A DNA stretch of 64,000 nt from Bigelowiella natans CCMP2755 (taxonomy: Eukaryota > Protista > Cercozoa). The first letter of the stretch is position 1, and every line of letters begins with the position of its first letter. The stretch spans positions 1 to 64,000 of the forward strand of contig ADNK01002135.1 of the NCBI GenBank assembly GCA_000320545.1. The letters run 5' to 3'. Position numbers and translations under genes: made by a program. Positions 1-13,022 of this stretch are shown in pieces. The notes below the pieces were generated by a model. The model saw nothing but the letters and a program-made list of their open reading frames with translations, ran no database searches and was not told the origin of the DNA.

Positions 1-61
1 AGCAAGTTATGATCGCAGCTAATTTTTAATTAATATCTATTGGAAAGACACACACACACAA

Positions 62-108
<47 letters not shown>

Positions 109-207
109 TTCATATGACGTTGATTATCATATCACCGTTATCGTTATCCACCGCAACTCATTTCTGCTCATAACTTGCTCCTCCTCCTCCCCCTCCTCGT
201 TGCAAAG

Positions 208-730
208 CGGCTGGGATCCTTCTCTAGCATTTGTAATGGCAGGGGGCCTTTTAACGAACTTGGTGCTCTGGCCTGTCATAACGAAATGGACGCAACCCAT
301 CACATGTCCTATGGTAGTACTGCTATTTCCGTGAAGATGATATCCATCTCATTATGCCTTTGGAAGTTTTATTTTCTCCTTCTCGCTTCCCCCCTCTCCC
401 TCCTCCTTATCTCCACAGTTCGACCTCCCTAAGAAGACGGAGCTCGAGGGTGATCTGGTGGTTGGAGGTGTGCTCTTCGGCATCGGTTGGGCTGTCGGTG
501 GTCTCTGCCCAGGACCGGGGTACTGGTGTCGATCAACATTTATGAATGATAATATAAGAGAGAGGGAGGGAGGGAGAGAGAGAGAGAGAGAGAGTATATG
601 TATGTTTTTTTGCATCTACGAAAAGGAGGATGTGCGTTAAAACGATATCAACCCCATCAGAATGGTCGGGATAGCAGGGCCTTATGGAAGCAGTGCCTTG
701 GTACCTGTAACTGTCTTCTATAATTTCTAA
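208..730 (+). CDS. YeeE/YedE family (sulfur-compound transporter-like) membrane protein, 3' exons only; 5' end lies outside the window
   Basis: Exon ~208-313 reads GWDPSLAFVMAGAFLTNLVLWPVI. Exon ~419-519 reads FDLPKKTELEGDLVVGGVLFGIGWAVGGLCPGP. WDPSLxFVM and LFGxGWxxxGxCPGP are YeeE/YedE hallmarks. Last exon and end coordinate are uncertain. Confidence 0.8.
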
Positions 731-2704
731 TGCAAAAAAAGGAGCAGAGACAAGCAATAGACAAGAATACCTGTCGCTATGTTCTAAGTTACCATTTTCA
801 CATCATGTTCAGATATGGACTGCAGCGTGTGTTCTCGGACAGCAGCTAGTCGTATCTTTCTGGAAAAAGTCGAAGTAACCATGATGAAAGATGATGATTG
901 GTGATTCATGCAGGCTAGCAGGGCTAAATAATCTGCTACATTTGCGTAGAGAGAAAATCAATGATTGATTTTAATAATTCGTTCTTGAAGTCAAAAACGA
1001 GGCAGATTCTCTTTTGAAAAACGACATCCTATCTAGCTATTCAGAACGTCAAATTAATGTTTTTGCATTTTGCAATAGTAGACTCTCCCTTCAATGTTCA
1101 ATGTTCAGTGATCCTAACACTGCACAGATCTAGAGATGGAAACTTTGCTTCATGAGTTTCGAATTTGTTTGTGAACAAATGTCTCCACTACGTTTCTGCT
1201 GTTTATACAAATGTACGAGAAAAATTTAATGCACGTCGTGCCATGCAAAATGTGATTCGGCCGTTAACATAGCTTTTTGTCGACGACATCATCATTGGAA
1301 TCCAAATTCGCACGCTGTGTGTCAGTCTGATTTATCTAGTCATTAGACAAAGCTGTTGCATGTTGAAAGCAGTTTGTCAATGTCTGCGTAGACACAAGGT
1401 ACATGACAACATCAAGCTAATTTTGCTTGATAACAAATTGACCCTCCACTAAACACTAAACACTGGCATGGTGATGATGCCTAGCTTTCATCAGTGCATG
1501 ATGATCATTGTTGCCATTTCGTGAATCTACAGGTGCTTCGTTCGGTCTACCAGACGTATTAAATTTATTTCGCCGGCTTGTATTCCTTTCTACATTTTCA
1601 TTATAGTGCTCTATCAACCTGGTGAGGAAAAATGTTGTCAGTGCAGAGAATGCGTGGCCTGCATTAATGATGAATAGAATACAAAATGCAGATCTATTGG
1701 ATTATCAACTGTACCTCCCAAATATCTTCCTTAGCTCTCGATTGAATTCTTTGTATGATAATTGTTGTGGATCTATTATTGTGAACATCAATTCAGAACC
1801 AGGGCTTATGTGTAGCCAACGACGACGCATTAATTGCATTAATACGCACAAAACACGTTCGTGTAGACAGCGATGAACTCATCCGCAGAGATTTTCTGAT
1901 TTTACAATATTCAAGTTTAGCCTAATAAACATTTGAATCGCCTCTATAGAACGCTAGAACCTTTGTATGGTCGATGTCAACCATTGCAAATATTTTCCGC
2001 ACTTCGTTTTCAATTTGTTTTTGTTGCTGAATGACGGAGACTTTAGTATTTAGTATGAGCTTATTGGAAACGATGATACACCTACCGTTTTACGTCTAAC
2101 AGCATCGGAAGCTCTTAAATTACGTTTCGATTTCTCCAGAAATTTTGTAGCTTCTAAGAAAGTAATTTCTCCAGATCCATCCTTGTCCAGCATGCCTGTT
2201 TTGAATCATCGCACAAGTCGCTGCTTCAGGCTTTAATTTAATAACAATCACAAAATATACCGAAGACTTCTTCAAGTCGTTCCCTAATTTCTCGAACTGT
2301 GGCCTTCGCGCTACCTTTCGACTCGCGAGGCATTGGGTCGTCAGCAGCCGACGAGCACAACCCCATGTGGATTGAGATGTTGAAGAGGAGATTTTGCACA
2401 AAGTAGTGCTCAGGTGATTCTGTGGTACAAATGGAACCTATTTCATCCACAGCGACTACCACACGAAATTCGACAAATATAAGGAAGAAAACCAAGTCGC
2501 ACCTCCTTAACATTTTACATTTTGCATGAGAATCTGTCGCAGTTTCCTTGCGGTGTCGTCTGGTTAAATTCGGGGCCATTTTTTGTGGGTGCTCATGAGA
2601 GCATCCGAGCAGCCAGCTGGTTCGCACATCGCACTCGCCTTCCCCCTGCGAGCAACCGTCTCGGACTTGGGTCGTCAGAAGTGAAGAGGAGGGCTAGAAA
2701 GGGC

Positions 2705-5194
2705 ATGAATGGCCTTAAGCTACGCGTTCCTTCTGCGAACGACATTCCTCTTTATTTCCTGCAGATAGGAATCGCCCTTATCTCCGTATTCCTGTGTTTG
2801 ATCGAGCTCTTGCCGCTACCTGCCACAACATGGAGCTTTGAGTTGCGTGGACTCCAAACTGGTGTGCTAATGGCGCTTTTCGGATTTGTTGTACTTCTCA
2901 GTATATGCAATTCCCATCGCTCCTCACCCTGGGACGGCTCGGCGCGGAGTCGCATTTCCGCGGCGACATTGTTGGCCATTCTGAACTGCGTTCCGATCCT
3001 GACGTGGGTCGCCACAACATCCTGGTATTTATGGTCCAACGACTGCAAAGGAACCCAACTCGCCTTTAGCAAGAAGTGTAACAAGGCTACCGTTCTATTA
3101 GACGCGATTGGTATCGTCACTGCTAGATTAGCTCGCATAGATATGGGCCTCTGCGTGCTACTGGCTGCTCGAGGCGAGACGACATGGCTTCTCGGAGCAA
3201 CGGGGTGGGTGGGGTTTCCTGAAGGAATTCCCTTGCACAGACTTACTGGCTGGTGGTGTATTGTTCAATCTGCCATTCACTCCATGGCCTACTTCCTATA
3301 CTACTACCTCAAGGGTAACTTATGGCGTGGCTGCTTTCCTGTGCCGTCATCATCATCGCTAAATAGGCTTGGACTCGTAAACTTTTTTGGGGTTCTTGCA
3401 TTCATAGCGTCCTTGCTACTTGGACTGTTAGCGCTGCCCCAAATTCGGAAGTCTTGGTATCATTTATTCCAGCAGACCCACCTTCCACTTGCATTGGTTT
3501 TCATTGTCGGCTCCGCTCTCCACGACCTCCCCATGTTGATGTTTTCTGTGCCCGGTCTAGCTGAGTGGTATTTTGGAAGGCTTGGCAGCAGCAGTAGCAG
3601 GATCAGGAGCAGTAGCAGTAGCAGTAGCATTTGCTATCGGAATTGGCTCGGATGTAATAGAACCTATGGTAGCATTTGCTCGGCATCTGTGCGGCTGAAG
3701 GCTAAGGCCCAAGTGCTCAACGGCACCTCGGCGCCCTGGATTAAACTTACGATAGAGAATCATGATAAGAATGATGTGGTGATCGCAGATTTTGATAGTT
3801 GCAGTAAAGCTGCTCCCCGTGGGCTCTGGGCATCGGTGAGAGTTATTCCCCTCAGCACAGAATTTCATCCTCTCTCGGTAGCGGTTGCTGGCGTCTCACC
3901 TCGTGATGAAAACTGGGAAGAGGAAGGGGCGGAAACGACGCAAAGATTGATAGCATTGGTGTCTTCCAAGGCGGGCGACTGGTCACAAGCGCTTCTAAAT
4001 CTTGCGACGAAGAAAGGCGAGAAGAAAAATGCAGATGATGGCATCTGTGATATTGAAGAAGACGCGGCCTGCAGTTTCGAGGTCGAGATGGAAGGCCCAT
4101 TTCCTGTAGGTGGGGGTGGGTGGTCATTGAGGGATGGAATCGATAGCGGTGCTCTTATTACTGATTCATCCAGAGACTGTAAAGGTCACAATAATGACAC
4201 AGCGCTGCTGCTTATTGCTGGAGGTTCGGGGATCATTGGATGGCTGCCCGGTTTGTGTGATACTAGTGCTGTTGCTGCTGGTGATGGTGAAGAAAAAGGA
4301 ACTAAAGGAGAGAATGTTAGCGACGGCCGTCAACATCGTTGTCATCTCATATGGTGTGTCAGAAAGGAGACTGATTACAAAGCTCTTGCCAAGTCCTTGC
4401 CTTCTGCGGAAAAAGTGGATGTCACTGTGTATGTAACGCAGTCAGCAGCGCCAAATGGCTCGCCATTGATGATTAATGAAGCGTCGAGTGGGGATGTGTT
4501 TGAGAGCCAGAGTCCGGGTTCCTTTCGAACAAAAATCAACATTTGTGGCAGCAGTAGCTTGATGAAATTGGTGTCACTCTTGGCATGTTTTACCGGCCTT
4601 GTCATCAACTACTGGGCTTGGTACGATGGAGTCTACCCACACCTTCAAACAACTTCGATGACGATGTTTCGCTACACTGTGGTATACCGATGTCTGCCCA
4701 TCGTTGTTACAATCGTATCTATTATCGTGATTTTGATGGCCGGTAGCATCTTGATGAGATCTTACGCGGAAAGGCCGGTCCGGTATCATTGCGCTCCAGT
4801 CATAAAAGAAAGTAGAGATGGGGTTGGTAGCAGAGATGATAGCAGAGATGATAGCATAATTGAATCTGAAAACTATGAGGTTTCACTGCTTGCTGCTAGC
4901 ACGCACCAAGAGCAAAAAGTGGCGTCCGAAAGTAGCCATCTTCGTGAGCACACCCCTGTTAAGCACACTATTCTTGCAGGGCGCCCTGACTTAGAAAAGG
5001 TGATTTTCGAAAGGTTAGATGCTCTCGATGCCAGCACGAAAAGGATTTTAGTCGTAGCTGCATGCGGACCTGATGCTCTCGTCAATGCGAGTAGGAAGGC
5101 TGTCGAGGCTGTTTCGAATGAAAGGCAGAAAGGGCGATCAAGACGATCCGCGAAAGTACATCTCAGATTTGCTGGGGCTCATTCGAATTGGTGA
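2705..5194 (+). CDS. Ferric reductase-like transmembrane flavocytochrome (FRE/FRO/NOX superfamily), intronless
   Basis: Heme His pairs LHRLTGWWCIVQSAIHS and THLPLALVFIVGSALHD; FAD motifs FHPLS and EGPF; NADPH motifs LLIAGGSGI, HLIWCVR, GRPDL and CGPDALV. First ATG in the open frame is at 2705. Confidence 0.9.
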   Translation: MNGLKLRVPSANDIPLYFLQIGIALISVFLCLIELLPLPATTWSFELRGLQTGVLMALFGFVVLLSICNSHRSSPWDGSARSRISAATLLAILNCVPILTWVATTSWYLWSNDCKGTQLAFSKKCNKATVLLDAIGIVTARLARIDMGLCVLLAARGETTWLLGATGWVGFPEGIPLHRLTGWWCIVQSAIHSMAYFLYYYLKGNLWRGCFPVPSSSSLNRLGLVNFFGVLAFIASLLLGLLALPQIRKSWYHLFQQTHLPLALVFIVGSALHDLPMLMFSVPGLAEWYFGRLGSSSSRIRSSSSSSSICYRNWLGCNRTYGSICSASVRLKAKAQVLNGTSAPWIKLTIENHDKNDVVIADFDSCSKAAPRGLWASVRVIPLSTEFHPLSVAVAGVSPRDENWEEEGAETTQRLIALVSSKAGDWSQALLNLATKKGEKKNADDGICDIEEDAACSFEVEMEGPFPVGGGGWSLRDGIDSGALITDSSRDCKGHNNDTALLLIAGGSGIIGWLPGLCDTSAVAAGDGEEKGTKGENVSDGRQHRCHLIWCVRKETDYKALAKSLPSAEKVDVTVYVTQSAAPNGSPLMINEASSGDVFESQSPGSFRTKINICGSSSLMKLVSLLACFTGLVINYWAWYDGVYPHLQTTSMTMFRYTVVYRCLPIVVTIVSIIVILMAGSILMRSYAERPVRYHCAPVIKESRDGVGSRDDSRDDSIIESENYEVSLLAASTHQEQKVASESSHLREHTPVKHTILAGRPDLEKVIFERLDALDASTKRILVVAACGPDALVNASRKAVEAVSNERQKGRSRRSAKVHLRFAGAHSNW

Positions 5195-5931
5195 TAGCTA
5201 ATCTAGCTAGCTAGTAATGCTAGAATGTTGAAAGCTACGTGGGGTGCATGTAGGTCTAGAGGTGTTTAACAATGAAGTGATGCACTGCTTGATTCAATGC
5301 TTGCATGTTCCCATTCCCGCTAGCCCGCTTGATGAGGTCGATGGCTTGAAGGCAATTAAGCTAGTGTTTTCCCTTGTGCTCGCATACATGCAGCAATGAG
5401 AAATTGCGTTTTCATTTGCATGTCATGCTAGCATGCAATGCACATCAACGCAGCGCATGTTCAAGCTTAGGAAGCTAAAGATATTGCATTATCTTCATGC
5501 ATGCAACACACTGTGACGAAGCACCACGCAGTCGTGCAGAGCTAGCATACGATTCATCTTATTACATGATCTTAACTGTACAAGCAAACATTCGTAGCTC
5601 TTGAGCGCACTCCCCTATTTTATCAAATGAGTAGTAACAATCGCGGAGATTCAGCTGCTTCTAAGACTGATATAAAACGGAGTGGAAGACTATATGCTAC
5701 CAAGTTTCGTGGCGAAAGAAGAAGGATTAAAGTATGTGTGGGTGAAAGTAAGTAGCCGCCCGTAGCTATTAGAAGAAGCGTGAATTTGAGGAAAAACGAT
5801 CACGATTAAAAAGAAGCACGAAGTAGCAGAAATTGCCGATTGGTGCGATGATTCTCCTTTCAAAACGGAGGAGCAAAGATGAACGAGTGCGTGGGAAACT
5901 TGCCTTTATTACTTTGGGGTACTTGCTACGA

Positions 5932-6338
5932 TTACTTCGGCGTACTCACCGTCGTCACCGCTGTGAGTGGGCTGTTGCTGCAATTATTATTACCATTATT
6001 ATTATTATTATTGTTATTGTTATTATTATTCCTATCATTAGCTAACTGGCGTGAAGGAAATCCATAATGAATCCCTTTAAATCCAGTATTCGCCAAACCG
6101 CGCAGTGACTTTGTCAACGGCAGCATGCACGAGTCGGCAGTTAGAGTCTCCCCAGCGTGGAGATATACCCAAGCTCCTACTACAGCTCGTGCACCGATGG
6201 TGGTGTTACCGAACCTGAAGCCGTTTTCCGTCACGAGATGCCCCTGAATGATGGCGTGTTCTGACACAACCGCACCAGCCTCAATCTGCGAACGTAAAGC
6301 CAGTGATGAGAGATGATAAGGGGCATTGCGGGAGGCGG

Positions 6339-6388
<50 letters not shown>

Positions 6389-9300
6389 TATGTATGCATT
6401 TATGATGTGATTTCTCCTCACTCACCGTGATGAAATCATGGTCAAATAGGATTTTGGTGTACACATCCGCGTCGGTGGATATCCTGCTCCCGAGCAAGTT
6501 GTAGTACAGACTCGCACAGGCTGACCCCGCGAAAGGAGGCAAAAGGCGTTGTCCAAAGGGAATCGTTTCTCCCCAAGAATGAAGCATGCTAAAGCAAGTA
6601 GAGGATAGAATAGATCAGCGACGAGTTCCACCGTCTTCGTTACAAGATGATCCAATGAATGAGATGTGTGCTCACCATAACCCTCGGAAGCTATATGGTT
6701 GCCAACAAACATCCTCATCTTCTTCTTCATCACTATCATCAGCTGCGTTCATGTTTCCTATCAGCATCCACTTATAAATCAAGGCGTGAGCCCCAAAAAT
6801 GAGCCCCCTGCCCGTCACAAAAGATAGTCAGTGTTTTCCGTGCTGTTAGCGACGTCGTAAATCATCTTCATCATCATCATCGTCATATCGCTATTGTTAC
6901 CATATGAAGATATAGCCTCCCCAAAGCACAACCGCAGCTTCTTCTTTAGCACCCGTCGCCTCGGATATCTCGATTCCGATCTCAAACGCAGCCCACACGG
7001 TCAAATACCTCGTCCCCAGACGTATGAGCAAAAGGATAGTGTCAAACACTACCAACAACGGATAAATGGAGGAGCTGCTTGAGCCTTCCGCCCCCTCCCC
7101 ATTTCCCTTCGGCTTCATACGTTTCATAACGCTATTAGCTACGCAAAGCGACCCAGATTTTATAACTCTCTGCTCTTCCTCCCCCCCCTCCTCGCCAGGA
7201 AGTCCTCCCCCCTCGATATGCGTCATATAGCCCACGGTGCAGTTGTCTTCAATCTTGACACTCCCTTCAACCCTAGCTCTCATTCCGATGAGGCTGTTAT
7301 CCCCAACCGTGATCCTGCATTTCGCGGTGGCGCTATTGCAGCGGCCCGTGTGGTAGGGGACGAGCTCCGCCACTGACATCAGCGTTTGGGAGCCAAGTTC
7401 CACGAGGTGTGCGTCCTCAGGATGGACTGATAGCCGGTTGCTCATAACGGTTTGCCTCCCGATCTTCATACCCAAGAGACGGCAGAACGTGTTGTGGACG
7501 GAGGTTTGGCGCCCAAGAATCAGGCCTAGGTAATACCCTTCCACGAGGAATGCCAGTTTCCCAAGCAGCCACCGCCTATACTCCGTGTACAGGGTCGCCT
7601 CAAAGGCGCCCTCGCGTACGGTGCTGGCCAGCACCCACTTCGCTAAGACCGTGAAGACAAAGAGCATTGACATGGCCCCGACGAGGAGGAAGGTAAAGAA
7701 GATCAGGTCGAAGTACCTGCGTGCGGATACAGAGTCGGGTTTCAATAGATTACATACAAATTGACAAAGTAGGAACAGACCAAAAAAGGAGCCAAACACA
7801 AAGGGGGAAAAAAAATCCCCAAGAATTACAATCATCAACAGGAACGCATCCAAGCTCACCGAATGTCCACGGCCGCATCTTGAAGGTTTCCCTCTCGAAT
7901 GCCAAACAAATCCACCGCCCAGAAGAGCAGCATTGCAGGGATTGAAAGCACAGCAAGCAGCCAAGGAAGCAAAAACAAGCTCAGGGCCTTCATAACATCC
8001 AACACTGCACCGCTCGAAAACGAGGATTTTTGCTTCACCACCTCCTCCTCCTCCTCCTCCTCTTCTTCTTCTCCCTCCTCAATTCCTCCGTGATGAAGGT
8101 CAGGGGAGTCATCGTCATCCTTTGGTGCAATTTTATGTATAGACGACTCTTCCGGCGACTTGCGTAACTTACGCTCATCAAGGGCGGCGCGCTGCTGCTT
8201 CGCTGGATTACCTTTCCATTCTGTGCGTGGTTGGAGATGAGACCTACCCGTAATACGTGTGAATGGATGCACAACGACGCCATGGCCCACTACTGAGCCT
8301 GGCTCGATCACCGACTTGGGACGAATCCTACTCTCACGCCCAATCTCAATGAAATCAAACTCAATGCTGGTATTGAATAGGAGCTTCCCGAGAAGAACTC
8401 CGTCGACCTTAGCCCCTGGCCCGATCTTGATGAGGTCAGGCTCACGAATGAAAGAACGAATCGTGGCATTCCACGACACTCTCGCTCCGAGGAGGATATA
8501 GAAGAGGTTGATGATCCTGGTATCACGGATGATTTGCCCGATTAGCACCTCCCACGTAGCCAGAATGCGGTCTACATACCACCATCGTAGCCAACAGAAG
8601 GAGTGTCGGCGTATTCGTTCTTTCTTGAATCTTCCGACGACAAGCCACTTCATCACCACCACCACAACTGAGAAACTCACCGCCCATATCGGTATAGTCA
8701 TTGCCAGCGCAAGGCCGATTGTGGTTGCTTCTTCATAAACGCCGATCTTGATCTCGCTCCAGGGGTCTCCGAGGTCTCTCACCTCTCTCGCGAAGTAGTA
8801 CGATGGCAGAGCCGCCGAAGCTGCAAGGAAAAATACAGAGATGGACAACAAGAATTGAATGACATGTCTGATCATGCCTCTTTCGCACAGACGAAGAAAG
8901 AGAAGAGTGCTGCCGGGATCTCCTCCTCCTCCTCCTCCTCCTCCTCCTCCTCCTTCTCCTCCTTTGGATTTCTCCATGAAATTGACCGGCTCATACTCTC
9001 GTTCCAGTATCTTCGAATCGCCCTGCGACTGCTGCTGCGACGACAATGCCGCCCACCCTGAGTGCATGCTTGAAATCGCGGGAAGGGTTGACGATCTCGG
9101 GCGAGTTTTGGAGTCGTTTGGTCGCTTGACATCTACCTTGCATTCCGACTCGAAACGTAGCAGCGAAGAACCCGCCCTCTGTGCCTGCAGGGACTTCTGC
9201 TTCAGGGCCTCCAAAGCCGACCCCCCCCCTGATTCCTCAAGATCGTCAATAGTTTCTTCTGATATTATAACTATACAGGAGCCCTCTGACCTCGGAATTT

Positions 9301-11906
9301 GCGAGAGTGCGGTCCTCCAATTCGATGCGTTGTACTCCGAGCGAAGGCGCTCGCAATGCCACGATACCAGCCTCTCTAGGTTCTTCGGTGTGAAGTGAAG
9401 CAGCAAGACTGAAGGCTCAAACTTAATGCAAAAACCCTCGAATATGGCCTCTGCCAACTCAACGAGGGTGATGGAATCTAGAAGAGAGCTCAATCGAGTC
9501 TCTGACACCGTGCTCCAAGCACCTTCCAGGAGCTCACAGAGCACGTTTCTAAAATCCTCCTCCTTCTCCACGAACTGGAAGCTGAGGGGAGGTTTCTTCA
9601 TTTCCCTCGATTTTATAGAGTCGGTTCTTTTTCTTGTTGTAGTTCTAGTTGTTGTTGTTGTTGTTGGGAGTGCTGTTGATGTCCCTTCCTGAAGAAGAGC
9701 CCTTTGTTCACTTCTTAGCCGGAAAACGTGCTCCAGCTTCCCTTCTTGGTATAAATCCTTCGCTACCGACCGCCTCAATTTCCCACTCGATGTCTTCGGA
9801 ATTGTGCGTGCGGGGATAAGGACGACATCCCACAACTTCACTTCAGAAGCCAGCGAGACGTGCCGTATTACTTCCGCGGCCAACGTTGAGAATGAAGAAT
9901 GCCGAGAAGGCCTTCTGTCTCTGACCTCGGATACCATTACCACCTGCTCGACCTCTCTCCCTTGCACAGAAAATGCTATGGTGCACCCAGGACGGATGCC
10001 TTCCACCGCATCGGCGGCTGTTTCGAAGTCCTTCGGAGCATAATTTTTCCCCCGGACGATGATTACATCTTTCAGCCGTGAAACGTAAAAAAGCTTGTTG
10101 TCTTCCATAAACCCTAGGTCTCCCGTCCGGAGCCAGGAAACTCTCGAGGCAATATGGCTGCTGCTGCTGCCGCAATGTTCTCCTTCATTATTTTCATTGT
10201 ACGAGCGCTTTCGATCGGCGTCCACAGGCGAGGAATTCGTCTTCAAATCCGCTTGAAACGTAGCCTTTGATGTAACAGGGTCCAGACCCCAATACCCCAA
10301 TGCTACTGAGGGAGAGCTTAGCCAGATCTCTCCATCGGAGCCCTTCGGAACTTCTAGGCACGTGTCGGGATCTACGATCTTACACAGGACGCCATTGAAT
10401 TTGCTGCTTCTGGGGTGATTGAAGACTCCAATGCACAAGCGATGATGACGGTGATCGTTGGTCCTCTTCGAGTAAGAACGCCCTCCTATATTCGAGTCAG
10501 AGCATGCTGTTACTACATGCTCTGCGAGACCGTAGCTACTGCTTACCGTCCCGCCCTTCATCCCATAGAAGGAAAAGAACCTCTCGAATTCTTCCACGTG
10601 TCTTGGGATATTGGCTTCCCCGCCCGCGCCAATACCGATGAGATTGCGCAGATGGAACCCGTGGGGTACGGGGCGTGTATTCCACTTTCTCAGGACAAGT
10701 TTGAACGCGAAGTTCGGCACGTTTGTCGCGTTGCATTTCATCTTCCACAACCCGTGAAGCCAAAGAGGTGGGCACCGGACAAAATCGAAGGGGCTCATAA
10801 AACAGCCAGAGGACCCGACGAAGAAGACAAGGAGGTAGTTGCAGATTAGTCCGAAATCGTGGTATTGAGGCAACCAACAGAAAGGTCGGTAACGCTGGTC
10901 ACTATCCCCCTCTCCATTGTGGTGATGATGATGGTGCGCACGTTTCATCGTCTCGAACATTTGATGATATAGGATCAAATTGTGCATGAGCGAAGAGTAT
11001 GGAACCATCACACCCTACGCAAGCATAAATTAGTGTGTGTGTGTGTGTGAGGGAGTGTTAGTAAATGATATGGGTAGGATGTGTGGAATAACGATGAGCA
11101 TCATCACCTTAGGGTCCCCAGTTGTCCCACTCGTATACTGAAGAAAAGCAAGGACTTCTTTGCACTTACCCTCTTCTTCAGTGCCATTCTGAGACGCCAA
11201 TTTTGTTTTATTTTTTATGGATCCACCTGATATAGGATGCAATTAGAAATACAAATTGTTGCATATATTAAAAAGGTTAAAAGTTTTTTCGTGCCCTCAA
11301 TAATACCTTCAATAATATCGGTGTCTACGAAGGGGGTCTTCGGCCAGCACCCAGATAAAACTTTTAGTTTTATCTTCCATATTTTCTCGGAGAATTTCCT
11401 ACATAGTTTTCAGAGTAAACTTCACACTATATCAGTACCCTTACAGGAACATGTGAAAAAGCTTTCTCACCTGTGAGTTAAAACTAGACGCGCGCCGCAA
11501 TTCTTGACGATGTAAGCCAACTTGACAACGCTTTTGATATGTAATGTACCGAGTAAGGTTGCTGCGAATGTTTATTCATTGGTTGAAACCACCTGTATTT
11601 CAGTTTGGAAGGGTTAGGGGGGTATATTGGTACAGCCACGGCTCCAGCTATCAGACACCCTAAGAAGGCCTGTATGAATTCCAGGTTGAATTCGTAGCAC
11701 AGAACTATGCGTTCCCCTTCTTCGACCCCTGCATTCTTCAAAAATTCAGCGACAGCGGTAGCCTTTTGCCAAACTTGAGAGTAAGTCAACTCCGTCGATA
11801 CATTTCCCTCCCCATCCATCCACTGGTACAGAGGAGAGTTTGGGTTTTTTTTTACATGAGACTCGAGAATGCCCAGGAATTTCTGGCGATGGTCAGAGGA
11901 TGCCAT
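5932..11906 (-). CDS. NRPS-like membrane enzyme: FAAL-like adenylation domain + carrier (ACP/PCP) domain + Pls-type terminal domain (three TM/LbH repeats), ~1734 aa
   Basis: Exons 11906-11593, 11530-11471, 11398-11307, 11226-11108, 11014-7860, 7716-6901, 6807-6676, 6588-6426 and 6285-5932 are all GT-AG and sum to 5205 nt in frame. Adenylation motifs: FLQYTSGTTGDPKGV, WLPQYHDFGLI, PNFAF, YGLAE, GEIWLSSPSVALGYW, LRTGDLGF, IPKTSSGKLRR. Carrier motif LDSITLVEL. Three KWxxxG...LLGxxI...hexapeptide units, the first ending WKGNPA and the last carrying IIQGHL. Confidence 0.9.
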
Positions 11907-13022
11907 CAGGGCTAGGCTAACCCTGGCTTCCTGAATTCGAGGCAAGCTCGAGGCTTTTGATGCTCGTGCAGCTCAAATTGGAGCATGCTCTCATGCATAT
12001 GAAGTGCAGGTATTGTGCAGATCTAGTGCGCATTGAGACGAGCGATCAGAAGGCAAGCTGTGCTCTCACTTGTCCGGCATAGATAGCGACAGTGAATTGA
12101 GAGAAAAATGGAAAAAAAGGCCTTGAAAACGAAAAAAGTCTTGATGTATTATTATAGGGATGTCGTAGGTTTAAAGATGCCCAATGGCTAAGGGCAAATT
12201 CCTTGTCGCAACATGGAAAATCATTCAACTCTCGAGAAATGAGTCCTGAAGAATCCAAAAACCATTTCCTTATCGAGTAAAATCGTTGTGGAATTGTGTT
12301 GATTAGCGAGAATTTATTTGTCGTAGATACAAATAAGAGAGCATTATCATGGACGAGAGCCGTTGTGAGACCTTACGAAATTCTAAAAACCAAGCTAGAA
12401 TGGCTGCCTCTGTGACCCTCTTTGGGAGGAACATCAGGAAATGTTCTCTGTCAAATGCCTTCTGGAAGTCGAGACTCCGAGAAGTATTAATCTTTAGCTC
12501 AATCACCGGTTTTCTAGCTCAGGAAACCAAATTTGCGGAGTATTACGCCTCTGATCCTGTTCAGCTATTCTTCGGCAAATTTAAAAACTGGTGCGAAGGA
12601 GAGGAGAGCAGGGAGCGGGGACAGTGGTGATGGATAGGCTAAAGAAATATGCAAGTTTATTTTTTCAAATGGTCACCTTAGCTATGGGGGCAGGATGAGC
12701 AGGGACGAGCAGTGTTGCCCTGCGCACACATCCACATTGATTCATCTCTTTCACGCAATGAGGGGGGAAAGGGGGAAACTCAAAATATTGGTCCTTATGT
12801 CGTCCATATAATTGACCTGCTCAAGTGTTGTAATAATTAACATCATATCTCATGCATTGCGTCGTCAGGGATAATATCCGACCTATTCACTTCATCATCT
12901 TCACTGCATCCCTCACGACCGCGATCGTTCTCTACTGGAAGTTCCTCTCCGTCTGGTACGATTCAATGCGAGAGGACAATCATTAGCAATAGTGGATTTC
13001 ATCCACTTTACCAAATTTACCA

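Noticed and set aside
1448-1464. CTAAACACTAAACAC telomere-like repeat
   Set aside because: Only two imperfect units; not a telomeric array.
7717-7964. Apparent frameshift or two separate ORFs in the NRPS-like gene
   Set aside because: A 143-nt GT-AG intron (7859-7717) joins DIR to YFDL in frame.
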